64,000 nucleotides of DNA from Eledone cirrhosa (GCA_964016885.1 OZ024741.1:17236001-17300000); one strand, 5' to 3'; counted from the first letter of the stretch, positions 13,697 to 27,498 are shown. Made by a program: numbers and translations. The notes: a model not told the origin generated them from the sequence alone.

Positions 13697-14216
13697 CCAT
13701 ATTTCTCGACGTCAAAGACGCTATTTTTCTCCCTAAAATAAGTCTAAAAAATGTACCATGTGTCATGGAGGCCAAAGATTGCGTTTCTTATAATTATATC
13801 CTAACCCCAGAGAAAAATTATCTCTGTTAGATAGTAATCTGAACTCCTGTATGAGACCTCACGATCAAGTGTATCAATTATATTTAGTTAAAGTAGTAAA
13901 TAAACAAAAGTACAACAAAAATAAAATTAAAAACATATAGACAATCACAAAACTTCCTGTATTGACAGGGTCTGGTAGACGAGGTAACTGATGAATGATA
14001 TATGATGTGTATCAATATCTCTTCAAACAACCTGATTTAAACAACCTGATTTTAAGGGAACACTAGTGACAAAAGAAGTAAACCTGTTAAAGGGGTTACC
14101 AACAAATATTTATAACAAGACTTATTTTAATGTTTATTTCTTTTTTTCAAATTTTTGCTTGTCAAAATCGGGTAGTGTCCTCAAGGGTGAACCGTCTTCG
14201 ATGACGGCAAATACCG
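13697..14216. mobile_element. Degenerate Tc2/pogo-like MITE
   Basis: Imperfect 24-bp TIRs (CCATATTTCTCGACGTCAAAGACG vs reverse complement CGGTATTTGCCGTCATCGAAGACG, 17 of 24 identical). Confidence 0.45.
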
Positions 14217-14926
14217 TGGATTTCATTAGAAATATGGTGATAAAAAGCTAAATGATACAATGACCATTTTTTTTCTTTTTTTCTATAGGTGTGGTGATAC
14301 ATATTTGAAAAGTTAGGATTGTGGTCGATAGTATGGGATCTTGGTAAATTACTGGTACTGAAGCTAGAATCTCAATATATTACTGGTACTGATATTAGAA
14401 TCCCAATAGAATACTGGTACTGGTATTACAGGTTGTGGTTGACGACGTGGAAATTCAATAGATGACAAGTACTGATGTCGGAATGGGCTTCCACCGGTTT
14501 CGACGATGAGTGTTCCAGCTGTTCGATCAAAGAAACAGCCTGTTTGCGATATTAACTTACAAGTTGATGAACTTTTAAGAGAAACGTACACTCTTCATAT
14601 AATACTCAGGGAGATTCAGCGTGACACATTTACAGTTATCCTTTGTAAATGAAAGGAGGATTGTACTCAATATATATCATGATGTTTCTCCGTATATTTA
14701 TTTAACCTAAGGTTTTGGCTGCCAAATACAATATCCAGCTATGAGATTTTTTGAAACCCGAGTTACGACCACACACTGGCATTATGTGAATATATATATA
14801 TATATATATATATATGCATGTATGTATGTATATATGTATATATATGCATATAGATAATGAAACGCCAGATTAAAAGGCTATATAAACCCACTCTTCAACC
14901 AATGGTGCCAACAACATTGGGCCAAT

Positions 14927-14983
<57 letters not shown>

Positions 14984-14994
14984 CATACATACAT

Positions 14995-15039
<45 letters not shown>

Positions 15040-15155
15040 CATACATAAATATATATATACATACATATATATACACACACACACACATATATATATATAC
15101 ATACATATATATACATATATATATACAAACACATATATATATATATATATATAAT

Positions 15156-15186
<31 letters not shown>

Positions 15187-15308
15187 GACAAACATAGAAT
15201 ATTCGAAAATATTCTGTATGTTTATAATAAACATTTTGAAGACCCAATCGCTATAGAATAGAATACGTCACGTATTACAATTTGAGATTCTCGATAAAAG
15301 CAAGGGAA

Positions 15309-15351
15309 GTAATCTACGCGTTTCATTCTTGTTAGAAATCATCAGGATTAC
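15309..15351 (-). ncRNA. Type I hammerhead ribozyme (family E)
   Basis: Reverse complement of 15818-15860. Confidence 0.85.
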
Positions 15352-15817
15352 ATATCCAATGCTTTTATCGAGAACGACACAGCTAGAGACTTATAGAATA
15401 CTTAGCTGTGTACAGGAACTGGTTTGAAAGAGCGGTTGCCGGTCAGGCAGAAATTAGAATTTGGATTTAATGCTCTGAAATAGCGATATATATGTGAAGA
15501 CAAACATAGAATATTCGATTTCTAACAAGAATGAAACGCGTAGATTACTTCCCTTGCTTTTATCGAGAATTTCAAATTGTAATACGTGACGTATTCTATT
15601 CTATAGCGATTGGGTCTTCAAAATGTTTATTATAAACATACAGAATATTTTCGAATATTCTATGTTTGTCTTCACATATATATCGCTATTTCAGAGCATT
15701 AAATCCAAATTCTAATTTCTGCCGGACCGGCTACCGCTCTTTCAAACCAGTTCCTGTACACAGCTAAGTATTCTATAAGTCTCTAGCTGTGTCGTTCTCG
15801 ATAAAAGCATTGGATAT

Positions 15818-15860
15818 GTAATCCTGATGATTTCTAACAAGAATGAAACGCGTAGATTAC
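15818..15860 (+). ncRNA. Type I hammerhead ribozyme (family E)
   Basis: GUAAUC-CUGAUGA-U-UUCU(AACA)AGAA-U-GAAAC-GC-GUA|GAUUAC: palindromic stem III ACGCGU; stem I extended by the 15-bp UUCUCGAUAAAAGCA/UGCUUUUAUCGAGAA helix. Confidence 0.9.
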
Positions 15861-16017
15861 TTCCCTTGCTTTTATCGAGAATCTCAAATTGTAATACGTG
15901 ACGTATTCTATTCTATAGCGATTGGGTCTTCAAAATGTTTATTATAAACATACAGAATATTTTCGAATATTCTATGTTTGTCTTCACATATATATCGCTA
16001 TTTCAGAGCATTAAATC

Positions 16018-16060
<43 letters not shown>

Positions 16061-16465
16061 CATACATATATATATATATACACACATATATATATATATA
16101 TATACATACATATATATATATATATATACATACATATATATATATATATATAATATACATACATGCATGCATACATATATATATATATATATATAAATGA
16201 AAAGTATAGAAATTATTGTAGCAAGAAGCCAACAGTATTCGATAATATATAAGTGACTATAGCGTCAAAATGGAAAAATAATTAACGTAAGATGTGGGAA
16301 AAATAATTCAAACTCATCTCAAAAAGAATCAGGATATAGATTTATCCACAGAATTTGGTGAAATCCAGTGAAGAATCAATAGAGTCTTAACTCATGATAA
16401 AACAAAGTCTAAAATACTCATCCTTCAATTTGGAACAACTACAAATGCTCTGTATAGTCTTAACA

Positions 16466-16599
<134 letters not shown>

Positions 16600-16642
16600 C
16601 ATACATATATATATATATATAAGTATATATATATATATATAA

Positions 16643-16722
<80 letters not shown>

Positions 16723-16763
16723 GATATATTAACAAATGGAAAGTATATTTATAAAACCATATT

Positions 16764-16828
16764 TATTTCATTATACATATTTCAAGGACACCAAGTTAAA
16801 TTATGATGTGCTTTCATCAGATAAAATA
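16764..16828 (-). ncRNA. Type I hammerhead ribozyme (family G variant)
   Basis: UAUUUUAU-CUGAUGA-AAG-C-ACAUCA...UGGUGU-C-CUU-GAAA-UAUGUAUA|AUGAAAUA. Confidence 0.8.
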
Positions 16829-16907
16829 TAATATAGAGCAGTTTTCTAAATAAATATTGACATACCCTTAAAAGAATGCGACCATTTCTGTTGGAAGCTC
16901 CCGGATA

Positions 16908-16982
<75 letters not shown>

Positions 16983-17217
16983 TGTATATATGAAAAATAT
17001 GGGTGAGAAGAATACTGCTGGTTGCACATGGATAACATGTTATAAAATGAGTCCCTCATCAGTGATTTACCAAACGATCATGGGTATTTCATCGCATTAA
17101 AAATCATATACCTCACGTTGGAGCGATAATAACTAAAATAAGTTATTAGGACAATAGAAACGTGTAAAGCGAGTGAGACAAGTAAACAACACAGGGGGAA
17201 GCTAACCGAAGATGGAA

Positions 17218-17274
<57 letters not shown>

Positions 17275-17390
17275 CATACATACATATATATATATACATA
17301 TATATACATACATACATATATATATATACATATATATATATACATACATACATACATACATGCATACATATATATATATATACATACATT

Positions 17391-17426
<36 letters not shown>

Positions 17427-17428
17427 CA

Positions 17429-17592
<164 letters not shown>

Positions 17593-17602
17593 CATATACA
17601 TA

Positions 17603-17634
<32 letters not shown>

Positions 17635-18046
17635 AAATATGAGTTGGCGAGATATGTATGAATCATACTGCAGACCACCACCAACACCATCTACAACAAA
17701 ACTATCACAAACAACAGCATCAACACCACCACCACCACCACCACCACCTAAACAATATCTATAAAACACCCCACCGCCACCCCCACCCACTGTCCCGTCT
17801 TTTAATTCATACAACCTCTCGCTTGAACACTTTTTCATAAATCCTCTTTTATTATCGCCACTGACTTTGTTGTAATAGTAGTTGTTATTGTTAATATTTT
17901 GTTGTTCTGGTGTTGTTGTTGTTGTAGGTGGAGGAGGGGTGGAGCGGGGGTGGAGTGCGGGTAAGGGTGGAGGAGGGGTGTTTCGTTGTTTCCTCTTCAA
18001 CTTTTATTTCGCTCGACAATAAAGGAATAAAGCTGTCTTTATTTAA

Positions 18047-18098
<52 letters not shown>

Positions 18099-18147
18099 GT
18101 ATACATATATATACATATATATACATATATATACATATATACATATA

Positions 18148-18270
18148 TGCGTGAGCCCCGCGAGTTGGAGTGGCTTTTCCAGCGCGTCTCCCTTGCCGTC
18201 CTCCGGGGAAACGCCTTCTTCATTCTGTCTGCCGGGGTTGTGGATAGGCCCCATCGCGTACCATTGTAGT
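18148..18270 (+). mobile_element. CRE-like ORF C-terminal fragment
   Basis: REPRELEWLFQRVSLAVLRGNAFFILSAG; begins at a TA tract. Confidence 0.65.
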
Positions 18271-18657
18271 TGTTGTATACAGATATTAACTCATCAATTA
18301 TATATGGTTAGAATTATATATATATATATATATGGTTAGAGTTATATATATATATATACGGTTAGAGTTATATATATACATACATACATACATATATATA
18401 TATATCCTTGCATATTTCTATAGGTACCTAGTGCCTGTTGAAATATCCATACCCTTTTATAATTTTTTCTCCTTATGTAGAGAACAAAACGTTGTATCGT
18501 GCTGCTGGTTTTAGTGGCACTATCAACAAGTTTATAATAAAACAGCTCTTACTTGCGACCTGATTTTGCGTGTGTGTCATTTTAACGGCCTGACCGCATG
18601 CGTTAGGCAGAAATTTTGACTTACTGTGAGATTAGCAACCTTATAGTATGGAAATAA

Positions 18658-18737
18658 GCTGTCTGAAGATCTAATTCTTTCCATTGGAAATTCTCTGGAT
18701 TTCCAATCTTTGGATTGGTGAAACCGTCGGTAACAGC
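18658..18737 (+). ncRNA. Type I hammerhead ribozyme with long stem II
   Basis: GCUGU-CUGAAGA-U-CUAAUUC...(AUUGGAAAUUC/GGAUUUCCAAU hairpin)...GGAUUGG-U-GAAA-CCGUCGG-UA|ACAGC. Confidence 0.8.
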
Positions 18738-18828
18738 AATAGAACAGGTGTTTATTTAAATCGCTTTTTAATTTATTTAGAGAATTGTTTGATAATTGTT
18801 TGCTCTGCCTTTTTTTATATATATATAT

Positions 18829-18913
<85 letters not shown>

Positions 18914-19253
18914 TTGCAGCCGGGTAGCTTCATCTGCTAGTCAGATAAAGCGACCAATTTACCTTCGAGGCACACGTATAGAGTTCTCTTTCAGTTAATA
19001 TTTAAATGTTTTTAAAAGTACAACGGTATTTCAAACACACACACACATGTAGTGTATGTGTACATGCTGGTTATAGCTAAGTATAAACACACTCAATACG
19101 TGGTGCAGCCGAATATGATTCTATGTATGTGGTGATGATGTCATTACTTTAAATCTTGTGATAGTTCGATCAACAAAACGTCGTGATGTTCCCTAATAGA
19201 AAATATTGCTTTATTCAATATAGTGTTTATATCTCATGATTTCATTGGCTAAG

Positions 19254-19475
19254 AGGGTGGTGGATTGGCAGAATCAGTAGAGCGTCGGACAACATGCTCA
19301 ATAGCATAGAGTTATGCCACTTTACGTTCTGAGTTCAAATCCTGCCGAGGTTCGGTTTGTCTTTCATCCTTACGGGGTCGATAAAATAAAGTACCAGTAA
19401 TGCATTGTGATCGATTTAATCGACTTTCCCCTCTCCCAAAATTATTGGTCTTGTGGTTAAATCAGAAACCATTAT
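19254..19475 (+). mobile_element. Full-length tRNA-derived SINE (family 1)
   Basis: A box TGGCAGAATCAG, B box GAGTTCAAATCC, core TTTCATCCTTACGGGGTCGATAAAATAAAGTACCAG (resembles the Meta/MESC-type SINE domain). Confidence 0.85.
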
Positions 19476-19845
19476 TTCATTGGCTAACACAAACTACGTG
19501 ACCAACTAGAAACGCGTTGCAATTCAACAACTGAGAATATTGTTCGCAATGTGAGGTAACTTTGTTTGACCTGATAGAGACATTCTTGTTGCAAAAATAA
19601 TGTTTGCTTTATTTGGTAAGGTCATTTTCCGGGTGGGTTCCTTGCGACCCCTTTTGTCACATAGCACATATAAGACCATGTTCTACCTGTAGGTGACTTC
19701 TTAACGTGTTAGCAGGATTTAAGATTTCGACTATATTTCAGCATTAAGTCTTTTGTTCCATTACTCGGTTAATAATTCGAAATACATTGGTCAACGTTTG
19801 AAATAGATATTTCTTTCATGGAGTCATGCCTAAAGGGTTTCAAGC

Positions 19846-20142
19846 CAGAGTTGGATTTAGACGATATGAGGCCCGGGGCACATCAGATTTGGAGGTTCCT
19901 TCATACACAAAAAATAGAACACATTGCAAACATCCAATTTTACATCTCAAAGTTAGCTTGGTGCAAGTAATTGGAGTTGAAAAGTTATACATACAGGTAT
20001 TGAATTCAAAATATCTAACCATCCTAAAAAGCCCAGTTGAGGGCACAAATAAATTGTTACGGCCGTCGTTTTGGTGGGACGTCCCATTGCAGGGGGCCTG
20101 GGGAAATTACCCTCCTTTGCCCCCCTATTAAATCCGGCCCTG
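19846..20142. mobile_element. hAT-like MITE
   Basis: TIRs CAGAGTTGGATTTAG and TTAAATCCGGCCCTG; degenerate 8-bp flanks TTTCAAGC/ATTCAAAA; second copy ~39036-39289. Confidence 0.6.
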
Positions 20143-20157
20143 ATTCAAAATATAGTC

Positions 20158-20440
20158 TGGTGGTGGTGTGGCTTGTGGTGGTGGTGGTGGTGGTAGTGTT
20201 GTTGTTGTCGTGGTGGTAGTAGTGGTGGTGGGGTGGTGGAGGTGGTGCTGGTTGTGGTGGTGGTGTGGCTTGTGTTGGTGGAGGTGGTGGTGTGGCTTGT
20301 ATTGGTGGAGGTGGTGGTGGTTGTGGTGCTGGTGGTGCTGGTGGTGGTAGTGGTGTTGGTGATGATTGTGTTGGTGGTGGTGGTGGTGTGGCTTGTAGTG
20401 ATGGTGGTGGTGGTGTGGCTTGTAGTGGTGGTGGTGGTGG
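20158..20440. repeat. (GGT)n tract
   Basis: Direct reading. Confidence 0.9.
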
Positions 20441-20735
20441 TATCTTTAAAGGAAACCCTATAGTTTGGAAGTGTACAATATCGGCATGCAACAAACTACA
20501 GCTGTTGAAGCTTCAGCGAATTCCTCCATTCCACGAACGAAAATAGATTCACATAAGACGGTATATGCACATGCACATATATACAAAAGTAACTGGTCGT
20601 TGTATATATATATATAATATATAATATATATATATAAACACAACGACCATTACGACACATTATACATATATACTCATATATATTTATATATATATAATAC
20701 CCATTATACATACATATATATATATATAAATACCC

Positions 20736-20770
<35 letters not shown>

Positions 20771-21017
20771 ATTAAACACTTACACACCTATATATATATA
20801 TATGTATATATTACGTTGTTAAGTGTAAGGGAATACCCTTACACGCATATGTACACGTATGTCTGCGTGTGTGGTGTGTAGTGTGTCTGTGTGTGGTGTG
20901 TAGTGTGTAGTGTGTGAGTAGTGTGTTTGTGTGTGGTGTGTCTCTGTGTGTGGGTATTTAAAAGACCCAATTAGTTCCGGATAAGTTGACTAAGTTCCTT
21001 TGGCGCTACAAACATGT

Positions 21018-21972
21018 CACCACCACCAACTCTACCACCAACACCACTATCACCATCACCACCACCACCATCACCATCACCACCACTATCACCACCAACT
21101 CTACCACCACCAACTCTACCACCAACACCACTATCACAACCACCATCACCACCACCACCACCACCACCACCACCACCACCACCACCACCATCACCACCAC
21201 CACCACCACCACCACCATCACCATCACCACCATCACCACCACCACCATCACCATCACCACCACTATCACCACCAACTCTACCACCACCAACTCTACCACC
21301 AACACCACTATCACAACCACCATCACCACCACCACCACCACCACCACCACCACCACCACCACCATCACCACCACTATCTCCACCAACTCTACCACCACCA
21401 ACTCTACCACCAACACCACTATCACAACCACCATCACCACCACCACCACCACCACCACCACCACCACCACCACCACCACCATCACCACCACCACCACCAC
21501 CACCACCACCACCACCACCACCATCACCACCACTATCTCCACCAACTCTACCACCACCAACTCTACCACCAACACCACTATCACAACCACCACCACCACC
21601 ACCACCACCACCACCATCACCACCACCACCACCACCACCACCACCATCACCACCACTATCTCCACCAACTCTACCACCACCAACTTTACCACCACTATCT
21701 CCACCAACTCTACCACCACCAACTTTACCACCACTATCACCACCACCACCATCACTACCACCACCACCACCACCACCACTATCTCCACCAGCTCTACCAC
21801 CACCACCACCACCACCACCACCGTAACCAACAACAACTCTACCACCACCACCACCACCATCACCACCACTATCACCACCAACTGTACTACCACCACTACA
21901 ACCACTACCCCACCACCACCACCACCACCACCACCAACAACAACAACACCACCATCACCACCACTATCACCA
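21018..21972. repeat. (CAC)n tract with recurring CCAACTCTA units
   Basis: Direct reading. Confidence 0.95.
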
Positions 21973-22307
21973 TAACGCGTCGCCGCCAACACGACGACGA
22001 CGATGTTAGACTTAATACATGTTAAACATACCCTGAATATAGTTTTGACTAATACCCTCCTCCACCCCCTACTTCCCCTTCCGCCAAATTACTGAGTGGA
22101 CCCTACAACATGTTCATAAATACAGGAGTATGTCCTGAAATATTTAGTAGTTTGCTCACTCTCAAATTAGGCCCCACCAACGTTTAATTTGCTTATCTTA
22201 GTTAAGTTAGTGTTAACATATTTCATGTACGGGAGCACATCAAAAAACTAACCTGAAATAATTATCTTAATCCTTTGCAAGGGTCTATGTCACCATTTTG
22301 TCGTCTG

Positions 22308-22369
<62 letters not shown>

Positions 22370-22776
22370 TTGTTTAACCTGTTCTGTGTACGTTTGAAAA
22401 TATATACATACACACATATATTTACATACGGGTGCGTGTATATATATATATATATCGATATATATATATATATAAATTGAAACAAAATGAAAACGAAATT
22501 TCATTTCTCACTCTTAGTATGGCACTTACTTAAATGTAAGTATGCATGTATACGTACATACATATATGTATACAGACGTACAGTAGCATGCACATATATA
22601 TATATATATATACATATATACATACATATGCATACAGGTACACATACATATATGCACGTATCAGTTTAGCGGCGCTAACGTCGCTTTGTTCGTTTGTAAA
22701 CAAACTGAACAGCCTGAATTTATGCCATACGGTGTTAAGGCAACCACGTCACCTTTTTGTTCAACACTGACACAGG

Positions 22777-22821
22777 AACGATGTACTAGTTTCAAGCTTG
22801 TTAGCTATCATCAGCACCGTT
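22777..22821 (-). ncRNA. Type I hammerhead ribozyme, unit 1
   Basis: AACGGUG-CUGAUGA-U-AGCU(AACA)AGCU-U-GAAAC-UA-GUA|CAUCGUU: palindromic stem III ACUAGU. Confidence 0.9.
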
Positions 22822-23244
22822 TACCCATCTGCCAGATAGTTGAACGTTCGAAAGTATATACTTTCCTTATGAAAATTAACGGCTGAGCAGCCTAATTTGC
22901 ATATTGAGTGAGTTAAATCGGTCAGGCATACCGAAAACGATAAATTGAAACAAAATGAAAACGAAATTTCATTTCTCACTCTTAGTATGGCACTTACTTA
23001 AATGTAAGTATGCATGTATACGTACATACATATATGTATACAGACGTACAGTAGCATGCACATATATATATATATATATACATATATACATACATATGCA
23101 TACAGGTACACATACATATATGCACGTATCAGTTTAGCGGCGCTAACGTCGCTTTGTTCGTTTGTAAACAAACTGAACAGCCTGAATTTATGCCATACGG
23201 TGTTAAGGCAACCACGTCACCTTTTTGTTCAACACTGACACAGG

Positions 23245-23289
23245 AACGATGTACTAGTTTCAAGCTTGTTAGCTATCATCAGCACCGTT
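23245..23289 (-). ncRNA. Type I hammerhead ribozyme, unit 2
   Basis: Identical to unit 1. Confidence 0.9.
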
Positions 23290-23712
23290 TACCCATCTGC
23301 CAGATAGTTGAACGTTCGAAAGTATATACTTTCCTTATGAAAATTAACGGCTGAGCAGCCTAATTTGCATATTGAGTGAGTTAAATCGGTCAGGCATACC
23401 GAAAACGATAAATTGAAACAAAATGAAAACGAAATTTCATTTCTCACTCTTAGTATGGCACTTACTTAAATGTAAGTATGCATGTATACGTACATACATA
23501 TATGTATACAGACGTACAGTAGCATGCACATATATATATATATATATACATATATACATACATATGCATACAGGTACACATACATATATGCACGTATCAG
23601 TTTAGCGGCGCTAACGTCGCTTTGTTCGTTTGTAAACAAACTGAACAGCCTGAATTTATGCCATACGGTGTTAAGGCAACCACGTCACCTTTTTGTTCAA
23701 CACTGACACAGG

Positions 23713-23757
23713 AACGATGTACTAGTTTCAAGCTTGTTAGCTATCATCAGCACCGTT
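23713..23757 (-). ncRNA. Type I hammerhead ribozyme, unit 3
   Basis: Identical to unit 1. Confidence 0.9.
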
Positions 23758-24409
23758 TACCCATCTGCCAGATAGTTGAACGTTCGAAAGTATATACTTT
23801 CCTTATGAAAATTAACGGCTGAGCAGCCTAATTTGCATATTGAGTGAGTTAAATCGGTCAGGCATACCGAAAACGATAAATTGAAACAAAATGAAAACGA
23901 AATTTCATTTCTCACTCTTAGTATGGCACTTACTTAAATGTAAGTATGCATGTATACGTACATACATATATGTATACAGACGTACAGTAGCATGCACATA
24001 TATATATATATATATACATATATACATACATATGCATACAGGTACACATACATATATGCACGTATCAGTTTAGCGGCGCTAACGTCGCTTTGTTCGTTTG
24101 TAAACAAACTGAACAGCCTGAATTTATGCCATACGGTGTTAAGGCAACCACGTCACCTTTTTGTTCCTGTGTCAGTGTTGAACAAAAAGGTGACGTGGTT
24201 GCCTTAACACCGTATGGCATAAATTCAGGCTGTTCAGTTTGTTTACAAACGAACAAAGCGACGTTAGCGCCGCTAAACTGATACGTGCATATATGTATGT
24301 GTACCTGTATGCATATGTATGTATATATGTATATATATATATATATATGTGCATGCTACTGTACGTCTGTATACATATATGTATGTACGTATACATGCAT
24401 ACTTACATT

Positions 24410-24440
<31 letters not shown>

Positions 24441-24575
24441 GTGTGTGTGTGTGTGTGTGTATATATGTATATATATATACATATATATACGATATACGAT
24501 AATGTATGTATATATATATATACATACATTATCGTATACCGTATATATATGTATATATATATATATATATATATA

Positions 24576-24654
24576 GTTTAAAGCGATATTTCGGGCTCAC
24601 AGAACGGAAGTTGAAGGAGCGCTATAATAGGCATATCACATCGTTCCGTTGCCA

Positions 24655-24658
<4 letters not shown>
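24576..24658 (+). pseudogene. Penelope-like GIY-YIG endonuclease fragment
   Basis: [22 protein letters not shown] fits YIGxTxxxLxxRxxxH; bounded by (TA)n on both sides. Confidence 0.7.
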
Positions 24659-24710
<52 letters not shown>

Positions 24711-24834
24711 GACGTAAATAAGAAAGTTATGAAAATTGACTTCTGCATAGAACTACAACGGTACTAAGACAAAACATATATATCTGCTAGCGTAGGTATG
24801 CATCTGTATACATATGTCGGTAGATATATTAATT

Positions 24835-24903
<69 letters not shown>

Positions 24904-25068
24904 TTCATTATTTTCACTATTTGTACAAATATGCAACTTAATATTCTGCATATCCGCAATTGACAATGCATTTAATGCTGAAACCGATATTGTAAATAAA
25001 TTAATGCTTTCAAATTTTACTAAAATTATCTCTTCAACATTTTCTACAGAAAAAATCTTTTTCCTTTC

Positions 25069-25115
<47 letters not shown>

Positions 25116-25119
<4 letters not shown>

Positions 25120-25309
25120 AAAAAGTATGACCCCGACGGCAGAGCTCAAGCCGTTTCGACGGCTATTTCTAGAGTCCAGAAATAGCCGTCGAAACGGCTT
25201 GAGCTCTGCCGTCGAGGTCATAATTTTTCCTATTACCTACTCTACTACCCTAAGTATTGAGTACTCTGGTGCGTTATGGCCCATCTGGTTCCTTACAACA
25301 TTCCCTTCG

Positions 25310-25312
<3 letters not shown>
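25116..25312. mobile_element. Family A head-to-head palindrome
   Basis: Centre TTCTAGAGTCCAGAA at ~25172; short left arm, long right arm. Confidence 0.9.
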
Positions 25313-25356
<44 letters not shown>

Positions 25357-25419
25357 TATATATATAATGGTGGTGCCCCAGGATGGATTACGTAATAGAG
25401 TAATAGATATATATAAACG

Positions 25420-25700
25420 GTAAAGACCCCTTTTGGTCACGATTGACCATGAGATTTGTACCTAGAAAGTTGCCCTATGAGGTACAGGTCCGGGTAAAGT
25501 TTGAGGTCCAAGGGAAATCAATGACCGATACAGCTTGGCACCAGTGATGTCACAACTCGTTTCTACAACTGAGTGAACTGGAGCAACCTGAAATAAAGTG
25601 TCTTGCTCAAGAACACAACACACAGCCCGGTCCAGGAAACGAACTCAAAACCTCGCGATTATAAGCCCAACGCTCTAACCTCTAAGCCAAGCACCTTCAC
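25420..25700 (-). mobile_element. SINE family 2
   Basis: AAGTGTCTTGCTCAAGAACAC body; tRNA-like head at ~25630-25692. Confidence 0.7.
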
Positions 25701-25743
25701 AATATATATGTATAATATATAAATAATGTATATAATATATATA

Positions 25744-26712
25744 TAATTGTTTCTACTTTGGTCACAAGGCCAGCAATTATCTCAGTATATTACTGGTACT
25801 TTATTTTATCGACCCCGTAAGGATGAATGACAAAGTTAACCTCGGGGGGATTTGAACTCAGACCATAAAGGGACGTAACTCTTTGATACAAAGCATGGCT
25901 TCTACCGATACTGCCAATCCACCGCCCTTTAATATATATAATATATATGTATATGATATATACATGTATACAATTCTTAGTTCAACTTAAACATCCATTA
26001 TCACATAACACATTGTTACAATATGTTGAGTTACCTAACAATTGAAGACGGTGGAATCAAGTCATGCTCAGCCACTTTCAAGAAAACCAAAATTTCATAA
26101 GTTAACGTATATATTTGTAAAATATTAATATTGTTATATTTTGTCTTTTATCCTTACGGGGTCGATAAAATAAAGTACCAGTAATGTACTGAGATAGTTG
26201 CTGGCCTTGAGCCAAAAGTAGAAACAATTATTATATATGAAAGGTCAAATGAGCGGAACAATAGATCGTCTATTTTATACAACAGGCTTCCAATAACATA
26301 GATCGGTTTCGATTGTCAACAGGCATATTTTACAATATATACTGTATTATAATGATTTCTATTATAGGCACAAGGCCAACAATTATTCCAGTGTATCACT
26401 GGTATTTTATTTTATCGACCCCGTAAGGATGAAAGGCAAAGTTAACCTCGGCGGGATTTGAACTCAGACCGTAAAGGGCAGTAACTCTATGATGCAAAGC
26501 ATGGTGTCCGACTCTCTACCGATACTGCCAATCCACCGCATATACTGTATAATAATTGTTTCTACATTTGGCACAAGGCCAGCAATTATTCCAGTGCATT
26601 ACTGGTACTTTATTTTATCGACCCCGTAAGGATGAAAGGCAAAGTTAAACTCGGCGGGATTTGAACTCAGAGCACAAAGGCCTATAACTCTATGCTCCAA
26701 AGCATGATGTCT
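25744..26712. mobile_element. Cluster of four family 1 SINE copies (25744-25928 -, 26140-26232 +, 26357-26540 -, 26551-26712 -)
   Basis: Each has the TTTATCGACCCCGTAAGGATGAA core or its complement. Confidence 0.85.
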
Positions 26713-27122
26713 GTATGATAATAAAAAGGTATCTCGTTTATGAAAATGATTGCTTGAAAATTTATGAAAATCAGTGAAAAGGTGGAACTAATAGTTGTAA
26801 TCAATGTCATTCCAGTTTAAACTCCAAGTACTGAGTTTGTTTTTACTCTACCGGACATGTTTTATTTATTCAGTTTTTATCCCTATTCTAAAAATATACA
26901 TGCAAAAATACACGTAAACACACGTTAGACTATGTGTTTAGAATACGGTAGTTTTTAAAACATTCAAATGTTACTTGAATGAGCACTCAATACCGGTGGA
27001 TAGAGAGTAGAAATTTAGTCTTTAAGTAGAAAATAATGACTTTGAAGTTCTAGTTTGGTTGTTTCCTCTGGCTACTGATAGATTCTAGGGAAATATAATT
27101 CCTACTCAACGGACTCAGTGGC

Positions 27123-27236
<114 letters not shown>

Positions 27237-27347
27237 TCCCTGACTCTCTTAGAGATGTCAACATGAATGGACCTGTTATTTTTATCTAAAGACATTTTTC
27301 CAATTCCAACCCGCCTGTCCCGCCAATCTATCTTATTTCTCATTCTT

Positions 27348-27383
27348 TCTTCTGATGAAGGACTAGCGTCCGAAACGTCAAGA
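27348..27383 (+). ncRNA. Minimal PLE-type hammerhead (family H)
   Basis: UCUU-CUGAUGA-A-GGAC(UAGC)GUCC-GAAACGUC|AAGA: loopless ACGU stem III (dimer type). Confidence 0.9.
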
Positions 27384-27498
27384 CCCTCTTCCTGCTATAT
27401 CAAGCGTTAACCTAATATATACCTTCCATATACTGTACCGATTGTGTTGTTATTTCTGTTTACCTTTTACATACATACATACACACATACACACACAC

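Larger units (their letters stand above)
15186..16022. mobile_element. Family E: 312-bp HHR monomer, ~1.06 copies (-) joined head-to-head to ~1.6 copies (+)
   Basis: AGACAAACATAG at 15186 and 15498; ATTTCTAACAAG at 15518 and 15830; both ends in (TA)n. Confidence 0.9.
22472..24411. mobile_element. Retrozyme-like tandem array: 3.6 x 468-bp units plus inverted arm (family D)
   Basis: Period 468 (identical ORF-track peptides at 22487, 22955, 23423 and 23891); inversion at 24163-24166 via GTTC microhomology; (TA)n flanks. Confidence 0.9.

Noticed and set aside
14289-14343. Exon candidate after a strong acceptor
   Set aside because: Stops in all three frames.
19254-19345. tRNA genes
   Set aside because: A and B boxes run into SINE cores; no cloverleaf could be folded.
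22487-24396. Repeated 60-85 aa ORFs in the 468-bp array
   Set aside because: Short, partly microsatellite-derived, no recognisable domain; repetition only reflects the DNA repeat.
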